NCBI GenBank assembly: GCA_025361145.1
Contig: JANYAV010000012.1
Location: 14,830 to 78,829, forward strand
DNA from: Dehalococcoidia bacterium
GTDB lineage: Bacteria > Chloroflexota > Dehalococcoidia > Dehalococcoidales > UBA3254
Length of the DNA stretch: 64,000 bases
Reading direction: 5' to 3'
Made by a program: the position numbers and the translations under genes. Under the pieces are notes generated by a model. That model was not told the DNA's origin and did no database searches. It was given only the letters and a program-made list of their open reading frames with translations. Positions within the stretch are counted from its first letter, which is position 1, and each line of letters begins with the position of its first letter. Shown here piece after piece: positions 10,267 to 20,406 of the stretch.

Positions 10267-11505
10267 TCAGGCTGTCCTGTTTGGTGGCTTGATCAGATAC
10301 ATCAGTACCACAGAGGCTAGTCCGAGGACTGCGCAGATAATAAAGGCCCAGAGGTAGCTGCCGGTAAGGTCAAAAATGCCACCCGCTAAAGGAGGGCTGA
10401 TAGCTCCTCCCAGCGCGTTGCCCATAACCAGCGCACCCACAATAACACCCAGTGCCTTGAATCCAAAATAATCCGCAACCATGGGGGCAAGCAGAACACC
10501 GACCCCCGAGAAGCAGCCAAAAACGATACCAAAGCAATATAGCACTCCTACAGATTGGCTGGCAGCAAGTCCGCAAAAAGCCACAGTCAACGCCATAAAG
10601 CTGATCAAGACGATAGTTTTGTGCCCATAACGATCCCCTGAAAAGCCTAATCCGATTCTGGCGGCGGTACCCACCAGCCCAATAGTGGTGAGAACTGTAG
10701 CCGCGGCGGTGACGGATAGACCAATGTCTGTGGCGTAGGGCACGATATGAACCAACCCCGCGTGACCAATAAAACCATAACAAACCCAGGCGATGAAAAA
10801 AAGCCAGAATTGATGAGTGCGAACGGCCTGAGCGAAAGTATATTCTTTGCGCGGCGCGGACAACGGCAAGTTTGGGTTAGAGACATGCACCTTCTGGATG
10901 GGAATAGGCGCCTGCCTGGCAAACTGGCCAAGCAGGGTTACTAATAAAAGGCTGAAGATACCTAATAGCAGAGTAGAAGTGTGCCAATTATAGGCGACGA
11001 CCATTGAACTGGCAAGCATCGGCATAACGGCAATACCGAAACCGATGCCGGAAATGCCTATTCCTGCCATGAGACCGCGATTGTGAGGAAACCAGCGGGT
11101 GAGCATGGCAACCAACGGTGTATACATTCCGCTGGAGCCGGCGGCGATAATCACACCGTAAACCAGATAAAGCTGCCAGAGGCTGGAAATTCGTGACATA
11201 AGGATATAACCTATGCCGAAGATCAAACCGCTGATAGTAATAATCAATCTGGGGCCCAAACGATCACTGAGTCGGCCGGTAACTACCGCTAAAACACCGG
11301 TTACGATCATAAAGAGGGCAAAGGGTCCGGCAGTCGCGGCGCGCGACCAGCCGTACTCTGCGATCATAGGTTTAAAAAAGACACCGAAACAGTATTGGCA
11401 ACCGTAGACCACCGTCATAATCAGAAAACAGACTAGTAGTACAACATAGGCGTAGCGGGGAGTTGTGGCGCGTTTTTGGTTTTCCGGAGCAGTGGAAGCA
11501 TCCAA
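10267..11505 (-). CDS. MFS transporter (12 TM, oxalate/formate-antiporter-like family)
   Basis: 412 aa, highly hydrophobic. GRLSDRLGPR motif between TM2 and TM3. Confidence 0.8.
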   Translation of the reverse strand: MDASTAPENQKRATTPRYAYVVLLVCFLIMTVVYGCQYCFGVFFKPMIAEYGWSRAATAGPFALFMIVTGVLAVVTGRLSDRLGPRLIITISGLIFGIGYILMSRISSLWQLYLVYGVIIAAGSSGMYTPLVAMLTRWFPHNRGLMAGIGISGIGFGIAVMPMLASSMVVAYNWHTSTLLLGIFSLLLVTLLGQFARQAPIPIQKVHVSNPNLPLSAPRKEYTFAQAVRTHQFWLFFIAWVCYGFIGHAGLVHIVPYATDIGLSVTAAATVLTTIGLVGTAARIGLGFSGDRYGHKTIVLISFMALTVAFCGLAASQSVGVLYCFGIVFGCFSGVGVLLAPMVADYFGFKALGVIVGALVMGNALGGAISPPLAGGIFDLTGSYLWAFIICAVLGLASVVLMYLIKPPNRTA

Positions 11506-11738
11506 TTAGAGTCTCTTTTGATGGGAGCGGGCCAAATTAGTTTATAGATTTGACATGTCCCATGGGTTTTATTATCCTCTTATTATACAGGATTTAAGGA
11601 ATAAGAGCAGGAATCAGTTCACAGACAGATTGCATTCTGTATATGGAAAACCCACAAAAACAATTTTTCTGATTATAATATAATTAATACTGGAATGAAT
11701 AATTACAAAATATCAAATGACAAAGGAGGTACGCAGTT

Positions 11739-12206
11739 ATGAAAGGCGATCCAAAGGTACTAAAGGTATTGAACGGACTGTTGGCGGATGAACTGACCGC
11801 TGTGAATCAGTATATGGTGCATTCTGAGATGTGTGACAACTGGGGCTATGGCAAATTGGCCAAGACGATTGAGAAGAGGGCCATCGATGAAATGAAACAC
11901 GCGGAAAAACTGATTGGCCGTATTCTTTTTTTGGGGGGTATCCCCATCGTCAGCAAATTGAACGATATTCACATTGGCTCAGACGTTCCCAAGATGTACG
12001 GTAGCGATCATGTCGCTGAAGACGGTGCGGTTAAGAGTTATAATGCCGGCATTGTGGTCTGCGGCGAGGCCAAGGATTATGCCACCAGTGACATCCTGCA
12101 AAGCATCCTCAATGATGAAGATGCTCACATCGATCTTATCGAAGCGGTGCAGGATGAGATCGGTCAAATGGGTATTCAGGTTTTCCTATCAACGCAATTA
12201 GCTTAA
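11739..12206 (+). CDS. bfr: Bacterioferritin
   Basis: 155 aa. MKGDPKVLKVLNGLLADELTAVNQY start, ferroxidase ligands (E..H, DEDAH), Met in the haem-ligand region. Confidence 0.92.
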   Translation: MKGDPKVLKVLNGLLADELTAVNQYMVHSEMCDNWGYGKLAKTIEKRAIDEMKHAEKLIGRILFLGGIPIVSKLNDIHIGSDVPKMYGSDHVAEDGAVKSYNAGIVVCGEAKDYATSDILQSILNDEDAHIDLIEAVQDEIGQMGIQVFLSTQLA

Positions 12207-12227
12207 GGTCTATCCATTCAGAAACTT

Positions 12228-12264
12228 AAAAGAGGGTGACGGATTGATCCGTCACCCTCTTTTA
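12228..12264. terminator. Bidirectional hairpin terminator between bfr (+) and ilvC (-)
   Basis: 13-bp stem agagggtgacgga/tccgtcaccctct, flanked by A and T runs. Confidence 0.75.
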
Positions 12265-12290
12265 TTTAAGCCTGATTATGAGGTGGTGAT

Positions 12291-13391
12291 TTAGTTAGAT
12301 TTTCTGCCCGCAATCCCCTTAGCTTTATCTGAACCGGCTTTAGCTTTCTCATTGGGTCTTAGTGATCTGGTGGCTTTCCCAGCCTGCCACATTTCAGAAT
12401 TACCCATTTTAGCTAACTCCTTACCAAGCTGCGCTTTATAGTTGACCTTGCCGCAAGCAGAAATGACCCGTTTGGTTTCTGCGCCGGTAGCGACACTTTC
12501 ATAAAGATCTTTGAAGACGGGCATAACCGCCTTCTTGAACCTGGGTTTCCAATCCAGAGCGCCTCTCTGAGCTGTGACTGAACAGTTAGCGTACATCCAG
12601 TCCATGCCGTTTTCTGCGACCAGACGGATTAAGCTCTCGGTTAACTCTTCAACAGTCTCGTTGAAGGCTTCGCTGGGGCTGTGGCCTTTCTTGCGTAGAG
12701 TATCATATTGGGCTTCCATAATACCGGCTAGAGCGCCCATCAGAACGCCTCTTTCGCCGACGAGATCGCTATAAACTTCTTTTTCAAAAGTGGTCGGGAA
12801 GAGGTAACCGGCACCGATACCGATACCGATGGCAAGGGCGCGATCTTTGGCGCGACCAGTAAAATCCTGGAAAACCGCGAAACTGGCGTTAATTCCTTCA
12901 CCTGATAGGAAATTACGCCGTAAGGAAGTTCCGGAACCTTTGGGCGCAACCATAATTACATCTACATTTTTGGGTGGAATAAGCTTGGTCTGGTCTTTGT
13001 AGACAATGGAAAAACCGTGAGAAAAATAAAGAGCATCACCTTTTTTAAGATTCTTTTTGATTAAAGGCCAGACTGTTTTATGAGCCGCGTCTGAAACCAG
13101 GACTTCAATAATGGTGGCGCGTTGAACGGCCTCCTCGATTTCAAATAAATCCACACCGGGTTTCCAGCCATCTTTCACCGCCCGGGCCCAGTCTTCCTTA
13201 AAAGTTTTAGATTGTCCGATGATAACATTGAAGCCGTTATCTTTAAGATTAAGGGCTTGTCCAGGTCCTTGCACTCCATATCCGATTATGGCGACAGTCT
13301 CTTTCTTTAAAACCTGGCGGGCTTTCTGCATCGTGAACTCGCTCCGCATGATGACCTCTTCTTTTGTTCCTCCAAAGTCAATGATAGCCAA
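12291..13391 (-). CDS. ilvC: Ketol-acid reductoisomerase (class I)
   Basis: IIGYGVQGPGQALNLKDNG Rossmann motif. The TTG at 13391 lies 6 nt after AAGGAGG, which I prefer over the ORF-track ATG at 13433. Confidence 0.85.
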   Translation of the reverse strand: MAIIDFGGTKEEVIMRSEFTMQKARQVLKKETVAIIGYGVQGPGQALNLKDNGFNVIIGQSKTFKEDWARAVKDGWKPGVDLFEIEEAVQRATIIEVLVSDAAHKTVWPLIKKNLKKGDALYFSHGFSIVYKDQTKLIPPKNVDVIMVAPKGSGTSLRRNFLSGEGINASFAVFQDFTGRAKDRALAIGIGIGAGYLFPTTFEKEVYSDLVGERGVLMGALAGIMEAQYDTLRKKGHSPSEAFNETVEELTESLIRLVAENGMDWMYANCSVTAQRGALDWKPRFKKAVMPVFKDLYESVATGAETKRVISACGKVNYKAQLGKELAKMGNSEMWQAGKATRSLRPNEKAKAGSDKAKGIAGRKSN

Positions 13392-13516
13392 GACCTTCCT
13401 CCTTAATTTTATAAATAATTTATAATAATTCAATCAGTTATTGAAGCTATATTTCACAGCACATTTGTTAATTTTATCACTATCATGCTTATATAACAAT
13501 TCTAGAAGCAGGGGAA

Positions 13517-14290
13517 TCAGGGTTTGCGGATGATAAAACACCAATGGGGCAGGGTTTCGGAGAAATCTGGGGGAATAGTGTCATATTTCTCAGTGATGAC
13601 GCAAGGCAAGAGGTCCTTATCTATCAGGCGGAATTCCCTGTAATTGTTCGTAAACAAAATAAATCCGGATGGGGATAATACCTCAAGGGCGCCATTAATC
13701 AAGCGGGGGTGATCTTTTTGCACGGAAAAAGATTTATTTTTATTTTTACTGAATGTGGGAGGGTCGATAATGATAATATCAAAGATCAAGTTTTTCTTTT
13801 TAGCGTATTGAAAAAATTCCAGAGTGTCCATTTTAATGACCCAGTTATTTTCCAGCGGCAAATTATTCAAGGCTAAATTTTCTTTGGTCCATTCACCATA
13901 TACCTTTGAAATATCTACGCTATAGGTTTTCGCAGCGCCAGCGTTTGCCGCGTAAATAGTAAATGAGCCGGAATAAGCAAAGGTGTTCAATACGGTCTTA
14001 TTTTGGCTCTGGCTGGCTATCCATTTTCGATTTTCACGTTGATCTAAAAATAGGCCGGTGTCCATATAATCAGAGAGGTTAATCAGGAACTTGTTGCCGG
14101 ATTCTTCTAAAATCATTTTCTTAGAGGCACTTTGCGGGATCATAAAATCATCTTTTAAGCTCTTTTTATAAAAGAAAGAATTGATTTGAAGGATTGTTTT
14201 AAGATGCTGTTCAAGTTCTGTTAAAAGTTCCGGCGCGACAGAGGAAAAAACATGGATCACAGCGTTATCTTGATAAATATCTACCGTCAC
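13517..14290 (-). CDS. Class I SAM-dependent (RlmI/RlmK, COG1092-like) RNA methyltransferase; N-terminus probably extends to about 14413
   Basis: TGLFLDQRENR, NTFAYSGSF and IIIDPPTF motifs. The frame stays open upstream and encodes ...SAYRLINNTQYLLPVTVDIYQD, with no canonical start codon in it. Confidence 0.75.
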   Translation of the reverse strand: MTVDIYQDNAVIHVFSSVAPELLTELEQHLKTILQINSFFYKKSLKDDFMIPQSASKKMILEESGNKFLINLSDYMDTGLFLDQRENRKWIASQSQNKTVLNTFAYSGSFTIYAANAGAAKTYSVDISKVYGEWTKENLALNNLPLENNWVIKMDTLEFFQYAKKKNLIFDIIIIDPPTFSKNKNKSFSVQKDHPRLINGALEVLSPSGFILFTNNYREFRLIDKDLLPCVITEKYDTIPPDFSETLPHWCFIIRKP

Positions 14291-14601
14291 AGGTAATAAA
14301 TACTGCGTATTATTAATTAATCTATAAGCAGAAATCTTATTTTGGGAAATATAAGGCCTGATCTCAGCCAGATTATGGACTATTAATTCGTTTATGCCTG
14401 TTTTAGAACTGATTTTACACCTCTATATTTTGAAAACTCCACCAGACAGGCTATCAAGCGCAGTAGCCTTAGTAAATATTATCATAAAATGCTGTGAGCT
14501 GTGGTTAAATGGAGGAAGTCAATTAAAATAACAGAATAAATGCCAAAGAGACATACAGACGAGGGAAAATACGAAGCGAAAAACAGGGTATTGCAACTGA
14601 A

Positions 14602-14677
14602 TGGTGGAGCCGAGGGGATTCGAACCCCTTACCTATTGACTGCCAGTCAATCGTTCTCCCGAGTGAACTACGGCCCC
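14602..14677 (-). tRNA. tRNA-Ala (anticodon GGC), CCA encoded
   Basis: Manual cloverleaf fold: acceptor GGGGCCG/CGGCTCC with the G3:U70 alanine identity pair, anticodon loop CTGGCAG, T-arm AGGGGTTCGAATCCCCT, 3' ACCA. Confidence 0.9.
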
Positions 14678-14840
14678 ATTCAATATACTTATATAATTTA
14701 CCAGAAATCGCGGTATAAGGCAAGCCAAAGAAGGCAAGTTCCAATCTACCGGTGCTTAATTGCCTTAATATCGATTATCCTTTAAAATACCTATTTAGAT
14801 TAATGCAGGAGATAATAAACCAGAGATGATAAGGAGAATT

Positions 14841-15455
14841 ATGAAGTTAGCAACAGTTTTTCTACTTGGGGCAACGATTCTGGCTGGGGGTTGTGCCGCG
14901 CAGTCTGGAACACCCTCACCCAAAACAACCTCATGGCCTAAGGCTCCGGCTATGCAGATAGATAAATCCAAAAGCTACACCGCTACGGTGGACACCTCGC
15001 TGGGGACGTTCAAGATACAACTTTTAGTCGACGAGACCCCTAATACAGTCAATAATTTCGTTTTTCTGTCCAGACAAGGCTATTATGAAGGGATTATTTT
15101 CCATCGCATTATTAAAACATTTATGATCCAGACCGGAGATCCTACCGGTACGGGAAGCGGTGGTCCGGGATATAAATTTGCGGATGAATTGCCACCCAGG
15201 CACAGCTATGAGGCTGGGATTGTGGCTATGGCTAATGCCGGTCCGAACACTAACGGTAGTCAGTTCTTTGTTTGTACCGGGTCTGACTCTAAAAACCTCG
15301 ATAATTATCCCAATTACAGCCAGTTTGGGAGAGTTATCGAAGGGATGGATATAGTGCAAAAAATAGCTTCCGTCCAGGTAGTTTCAAACGGACGTGAGGT
15401 CAGTAAGCCGGTTACACCACCCGTAATCAAGAACATAACCATCACAGAAAAATAA
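14841..15455 (+). CDS. Cyclophilin-type peptidyl-prolyl cis-trans isomerase, lipoprotein
   Basis: AAGGAG SD sequence 5 nt before ATG 14841. LAGGC lipobox. FHRIIKTFMIQTGDP and GPNTNGSQFF cyclophilin motifs. Confidence 0.9.
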   Translation: MKLATVFLLGATILAGGCAAQSGTPSPKTTSWPKAPAMQIDKSKSYTATVDTSLGTFKIQLLVDETPNTVNNFVFLSRQGYYEGIIFHRIIKTFMIQTGDPTGTGSGGPGYKFADELPPRHSYEAGIVAMANAGPNTNGSQFFVCTGSDSKNLDNYPNYSQFGRVIEGMDIVQKIASVQVVSNGREVSKPVTPPVIKNITITEK

Positions 15456-15471
15456 ACCAGATTGTGTTGTT

Positions 15472-15508
15472 AAAAAACCCTGTGCTTGTCAAAGCACAGG
15501 GTTTTTTT
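15472..15508 (+). terminator. Rho-independent terminator (also faces epmA on the minus strand)
   Basis: Stem ccctgtgctt/aagcacaggg, followed by a run of seven T. Confidence 0.8.
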
Positions 15509-15526
15509 ATTAGCTGATCTCCTGTA

Positions 15527-16453
15527 TTACAGCAGATCTGAAGGGAAGGCGATGACCTCATCTATTTCTGCGGAATCGGTGAGGAGCATGACCAGGCGGT
15601 CTATGCCCAGCGCGATACCGGTGCATTCAGGTAAATTCTTGACCGACTCAATAAATTTATCCGGCCAGACAGTCGGTTTGCCGGTTTTTAACATTTCCGC
15701 CATTTCGGATTTAAAGCGTTGTTCCTGTTCCACCGGGTTGGTTAATTCGCTGTAGCCGTTAGCGATTTCCAGTCCGGCAATGAAGACTTCCGCTCTTTCC
15801 GCGGTGTTAGAGGTGCCGGGTTTCAGCCTTGCCAGTGCGGCGCATTCCCGAGGGTAATCCATTATTATAATAGGGCGGTTGGCAGGGAAACGGGGGATGA
15901 TCTTATCTACCAGATCATCATCAAAGCGCAGCCCGTCAAAGGCTGTAAAGGGGTCCCATCCTGCCCAATCCAGATAAGCTTCTCTTACACTGATGCGGGG
16001 CCAGGGCACGCGTAAATCTATGGACTTCCCCTGGTAAATCAAATCAGATCCGACGCCTAATTTTTCAGCCAGGAAGATTACCAGATTTTCAGTATCGGTA
16101 ATGATTTTTTGATAGTCATTTCCCTTCCGGTACCATTCGAGCATAGTGAATTCAGAGTTATGGTGGCGGCCACGTTCATCCCTGCGGAAACAATGACAAA
16201 TCTGGAAGATCCGCTCATAACCGGCGGAGAGCAGTCTTTTCATTTGAAGTTCAGGTGAGGTGGAAAGAAACCAGCCTTCCGAGGTGTAAGGGTGGATAAA
16301 TTGCTCGGGAGCGACAGCCGGTACACGCAACGGGGTGTCAATCTCAAGAAAACTCTCGAGCATAAAAAAAGCTCGAATGCCGTCCATTATTCTTGCGCGA
16401 CATTCGAGCTTGTCTTTGATTTTCTGCAGGCGTCTGGACTCGTCCAGTGCCAT
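15527..16453 (-). CDS. epmA: Elongation factor P--(R)-beta-lysine ligase (EpmA/GenX/PoxA, truncated class II LysRS paralogue)
   Basis: 308 aa. FRRDERGRHHNSEFTMLEWY (motif 2) and GIALGIDRLVML (motif 3). Directly coupled downstream of efp. Confidence 0.85.
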   Translation of the reverse strand: MALDESRRLQKIKDKLECRARIMDGIRAFFMLESFLEIDTPLRVPAVAPEQFIHPYTSEGWFLSTSPELQMKRLLSAGYERIFQICHCFRRDERGRHHNSEFTMLEWYRKGNDYQKIITDTENLVIFLAEKLGVGSDLIYQGKSIDLRVPWPRISVREAYLDWAGWDPFTAFDGLRFDDDLVDKIIPRFPANRPIIIMDYPRECAALARLKPGTSNTAERAEVFIAGLEIANGYSELTNPVEQEQRFKSEMAEMLKTGKPTVWPDKFIESVKNLPECTGIALGIDRLVMLLTDSAEIDEVIAFPSDLL

Positions 16454-16454
16454 T

Positions 16455-17018
16455 TTACTTGTTGCCTACACGCTCAAGATAGTTACCGGTGCGGGTATCC
16501 ACTCTAATGAGATCACCGTCTTTAATAAAGGAGGGGACGCCGATGATGACTCCAGTTTCTAGTTTGCCTTCCTTATTCTGGGCGGTGATGGTTGCGCCTT
16601 TGAGGGCGGCTGATGTTTCTACTACTTTCAGTTCAACGGTCTTGGGCAGTTGAATATCAATTGGACGGTCGTTCCACATCATGATGACCACTGGTGTGCC
16701 TTCTTTTAAGAATCCGCCTTTTTCGCCCATCTGCGCTTTGGTCATGGGAATCTGTTCAAAAGTAGAGCTGTCCATGAAAATATAGTTGTCGTTTTCCTGG
16801 AAGAGGTACTGCATTTCATGCATGGTAACGCTGGTTTCTTCAACCTTTTCACCGGAATGGAAGGTGATGTCCAGAACGTTGCCGGAAAAGAGGTTACGCA
16901 ACCTAAATTTGTAGATGGCGCGGCCTTTCCCGGGTTTGACGAACTCGACCGTTTCCACTGAAAACGGGACGTTATCAATCAGCATTTTAGTGTTCTTAGT
17001 TACCTCTTCAATGTTCAC
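16455..17018 (-). CDS. efp: Elongation factor P
   Basis: 187 aa. VKPGKGRA loop with the modifiable Lys. Three OB/KOW-like domains. Confidence 0.93.
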   Translation of the reverse strand: MNIEEVTKNTKMLIDNVPFSVETVEFVKPGKGRAIYKFRLRNLFSGNVLDITFHSGEKVEETSVTMHEMQYLFQENDNYIFMDSSTFEQIPMTKAQMGEKGGFLKEGTPVVIMMWNDRPIDIQLPKTVELKVVETSAALKGATITAQNKEGKLETGVIIGVPSFIKDGDLIRVDTRTGNYLERVGNK

Positions 17019-17244
17019 TGTAAGCGATTCTCCTTGTCCCCGGTCTACGGGGTATGCTCTCTATTACTATCCGGTTATTCCGGAAAGAAACCCTATCATA
17101 AAAATGCCAACCTTCAATATAATGCCATTTTTAACGCATTTTGGCAACTGATTATTTAAGCGTGAATTAAGAAGAGGGTGGTTGGCAGACGAACGGGAAC
17201 TTCAAATCAACAGGGACAACTGTGCTGTTAGCAAACTTGGTTGG

Positions 17245-17282
17245 TGAAAAAAGTCCCTACCTTACCGAGGTAGGGACTTTTC
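17245..17282 (-). terminator. Rho-independent terminator downstream of rho
   Basis: 11-bp stem aagtccctacc/ggtagggactt, followed by TTTTTT on the minus strand. Confidence 0.75.
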
Positions 17283-17303
17283 TGGTTGATTTTTGAGGCC
17301 GAT

Positions 17304-18632
17304 TTAGGTGTCTTTGGTAAGATTGGTCAGGAATTCGGCGTTGGTTTTAGCGCGGCGCAGACGTTCGAGAACACGCTCAGTGGCTTCAGAGTATTTATTA
17401 GAGTCCTGAGAAATCATGGCCACCATGCGGCGCATAAGCCAAACTTGCTTGATGGTATTCTCGTCAAGCAGGAGTTCTTCACGGCGGGTGCCGCTGCGCT
17501 GGATATCCACGGCCGGGAAGATACGGACTTCAGCCAAACGACGGTCAAGATGCAGTTCCATGTTGCCGGTACCTTTGAACTCTTCATAAATCAGTTCATC
17601 CATACGGCTATTGGTATCAACCAAACAGGTAGCGATGATAGTAAGACTGCCGCCTTCCTCAGTGTTACGGGCAGCACCAAAGAAACGCTTGGGAGGATAT
17701 AGAGCAGCTGGATCGATACCGCCGGAGAGCGTGCGTCCACTGGGCGGCATGGAAAGGTTATAGGCACGGGTCAGACGAGTGATTCCGTCCAGGAGAATCA
17801 TGACATCTCTGCCGCTTTCCACCAGTCGTTTGGCTCTTTCTAGTGCCAACTCAGCCACACCGGTCTGGTTCTCGGCTGGCTCATCGAAGGTAGCACTGAT
17901 AACGTCGCCTTTAACGGCGCGTTTCATATCTGTGACCTCTTCGGGGCGTTCACCAATAAGGCAGACCATGACGTGAATATCATTGTAATTATTGGAAACA
18001 GCGTTAGCGATGGCTTTCATAAGAAGGGTCTTGCCGGCTTTAGGAGGTGAGACGATCAGACCGCGTTGTCCGCGGCCGATGGGAGCTACCAGGTTAACCA
18101 GTCTGGCGGAGAGATCGCTGCTACCGGGGACTTCCAAGTTGATCAACCTATCCGGGAAAGTAGGTGTCAGTCCCCCGAAGTTAGGTCTTTGCTTGCATAA
18201 TTCAGGATTGAGGTCGTTAATGGCCTCGACCCTTAAGAGGCTCATGTACTTTTCGCCGTTCTTGGGCGGGCGGCCCTGGCCGATTACCATATCGCCAGTA
18301 CGTAAGCCAAAGCGTCTGATTTGGGACTGGGATATATAGACATCGGTCAGGCTGGGCAGCAGGCTGCTCTGGCGCAGGAAACCATAACCGTCCGTCATGA
18401 TCTCCAGTATACCCGAGCAGAAGATATTGCCCTGTTTTTGGGTGTGAGTCTGCAGTATGCGCATGACCATATCTTGCTTTTTAAGTCCGGTGAAGCCGCT
18501 GATGCCCATTTGGCGGCCAATATCCAGAAGTTCATCCCGTGTCATACTCTCGAGATCGGTGATGTTCATCTTCACCTCAACTGGTGGTGGTGCATTAACT
18601 GCCGATTCAGGTACCTGTTCGATGTTTTCCAT
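17304..18632 (-). CDS. rho: Transcription termination factor Rho
   Basis: 442 aa. N-terminal Rho_N and cold-shock-like RNA-binding domain. PPKAGKT Walker A with the RecA-type ATPase core. Confidence 0.95.
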   Translation of the reverse strand: MENIEQVPESAVNAPPPVEVKMNITDLESMTRDELLDIGRQMGISGFTGLKKQDMVMRILQTHTQKQGNIFCSGILEIMTDGYGFLRQSSLLPSLTDVYISQSQIRRFGLRTGDMVIGQGRPPKNGEKYMSLLRVEAINDLNPELCKQRPNFGGLTPTFPDRLINLEVPGSSDLSARLVNLVAPIGRGQRGLIVSPPKAGKTLLMKAIANAVSNNYNDIHVMVCLIGERPEEVTDMKRAVKGDVISATFDEPAENQTGVAELALERAKRLVESGRDVMILLDGITRLTRAYNLSMPPSGRTLSGGIDPAALYPPKRFFGAARNTEEGGSLTIIATCLVDTNSRMDELIYEEFKGTGNMELHLDRRLAEVRIFPAVDIQRSGTRREELLLDENTIKQVWLMRRMVAMISQDSNKYSEATERVLERLRRAKTNAEFLTNLTKDT

Positions 18633-18774
18633 TTGTTTTCTCTCTTAAAAAATATTTAGCGTTTTTATTGATCTTTATTATTAGATAAATTCCCTTATAG
18701 CTGATAATCTGAGTTACTGCTAATATCAGGGGAAAGGTGAATACTTCAGGGTTTTATTTTATGAGAGTATTCAC

Positions 18775-20406
18775 TTATGAAAGGGGTAAAGAAGATTGTG
18801 TCCCCTCGCGGAGTACGTTCCTGGCCGCATCAATAAATCCCAGGAACAGAGGATGAGGGCGGTTGGGTCTGGAACCAAACTCAGGATGGAACTGACAACC
18901 TACCATCCATGGATGATCGGCTAATTCACAGACTTCAACCAGTTTGCCGTCTGGAGATAGTCCGCTGTATACCATTCCAGACTTCTCCATTATATCACGA
19001 TAATCGTTATTAAATTCATAGCGGTGGCGGTGGCGTTCTTTGATCTCTGTTTGTCCATAAACCGCAGCTGCTTTAGTGCCGGTTACCAGGTGACAGGGAT
19101 AATTGCCCAGGCGCATTGTGCCACCCTTATTTTTCATCCCGCGTTGCTCAGGAAGATAGTCGATCACCGGATACTTGGTTTTAGCATTAAACTCAGTGGA
19201 GTTGGGCTCATTACTATTAAATATGTGTCTGGCAAATTCTATAACCATGACCTGCATTCCCAGGCACAACCCCAGATAGGGCACCTTATGGTCACGGGCA
19301 TAAGTAACAGTTTTGATCATTCCTTCGATACCCCGGTCTCCGAACCCGCCCGGCATAACAATGCCCTGGACTGAATGGAGCACGGTGTGGGGATCGATAT
19401 TTTCCAGGGATTCTGACGGGACCCATATGAGATTAATATCCCGGTTATAGTGCAAAGCGGCATGATGCAGGGCTTCGCGTACTGAAAAATAGGCGTCGTG
19501 AAGCTCAACATACTTGCCTACAAGGGCGATATTGATCGGTTCCCTCGGGGATTGCAGTCGGTTGACCAACTCGCGCCATTGGGCAAGGTCTTTCGGCCCG
19601 GCCCTCAAATTTAATTTATCGATCATCAGTTCATCCAGACCGCATTGTTCCAGCATCAAAGGAACAGAATAAATACTGGGAACAGTGGGCATTGGAATAA
19701 CTGCGGTCTTAGGAACATCGCAGAAAAGAGAAATCTTAGAGCGTAGACTTTCTTCAATCGGATAATCACTGCGGCAAACAATCACGTCAGGCTGTATACC
19801 AATGCGCCGTAATTCATTGACGCTGTGTTGAGTGGGCTTGGTTTTAAGTTCATGAGTACAAATGAGGTAGGGCAGATAAGTTACATGAACATAAAGCACA
19901 TTATCCCGGCCCACTTCATTACGCATCTGACGAATAGCTTCCAGAAAAGGTTGGCCTTCAATATCGCCGACTGTGCCGCCAACTTCGATTATGATGACAT
20001 CTGCTCCAGACTTAGCGGACAAAGCTTTAAACCTTTCCTTGATCTCGCTTACAAGGTGAGGAACTATCTGAATCGTACCGCCCAAGAAATCGCCATGTCT
20101 TTCTTTAGCTATTAAAGAACTATATATCTGACCTGAGGTGATGTTAGATTGCGCAGTCAGTTCAATATCTATAAATCGTTCATAGTTACCCAGATCGAGG
20201 TCGGTTTCAGCCCCGTCTTGGGTGACGAAAACCTCGCCGTGCTGGTAAGGAGACATCGTACCGGGGTCAACGTTCAGGTAGGGATCAAGTTTCAGGACAG
20301 AAACGGAGACTTTGCGACTCTTAAGGATAGTTCCGATTGAAGCGACGGTTATACCCTTACCAACAGAACTTACAACACCGCCAGTTACGAAGATATACTT
20401 TGACAT
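18775..20406 (-). CDS. pyrG: CTP synthase
   Basis: 543 aa. MSKYIFVTGGVVSSVGKG start, with a C-terminal glutamine amidotransferase domain (GLCLGMQ). Confidence 0.96.
   Translation of the reverse strand: MSKYIFVTGGVVSSVGKGITVASIGTILKSRKVSVSVLKLDPYLNVDPGTMSPYQHGEVFVTQDGAETDLDLGNYERFIDIELTAQSNITSGQIYSSLIAKERHGDFLGGTIQIVPHLVSEIKERFKALSAKSGADVIIIEVGGTVGDIEGQPFLEAIRQMRNEVGRDNVLYVHVTYLPYLICTHELKTKPTQHSVNELRRIGIQPDVIVCRSDYPIEESLRSKISLFCDVPKTAVIPMPTVPSIYSVPLMLEQCGLDELMIDKLNLRAGPKDLAQWRELVNRLQSPREPINIALVGKYVELHDAYFSVREALHHAALHYNRDINLIWVPSESLENIDPHTVLHSVQGIVMPGGFGDRGIEGMIKTVTYARDHKVPYLGLCLGMQVMVIEFARHIFNSNEPNSTEFNAKTKYPVIDYLPEQRGMKNKGGTMRLGNYPCHLVTGTKAAAVYGQTEIKERHRHRYEFNNDYRDIMEKSGMVYSGLSPDGKLVEVCELADHPWMVGCQFHPEFGSRPNRPHPLFLGFIDAARNVLREGTQSSLPLS

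Noticed and set aside
14523-14785. Two overlapping ORFs (73 aa minus strand, 81 aa plus strand)
   Set aside because: Both run across the tRNA-Ala gene (14602-14677) and its flanks, so they are spurious.
15527-17018. efp-epmA without epmB as evidence for an unusual EF-P modification pathway
   Set aside because: epmB and epmC may simply lie outside this window, so absence cannot be inferred from 64 kb.
17286-17702. Antisense 'shadow' ORFs of 60-165 aa inside long genes. Examples: 942-1355, 1807-2283, 17286-17702, 33990-34487, 45497-45955, 50147-50629, 63093-63476.
   Set aside because: Each lies entirely within, and antisense or out of frame to, a gene with clear family motifs. The shadow ORFs have no SD sequences and show composition typical of shadow frames.
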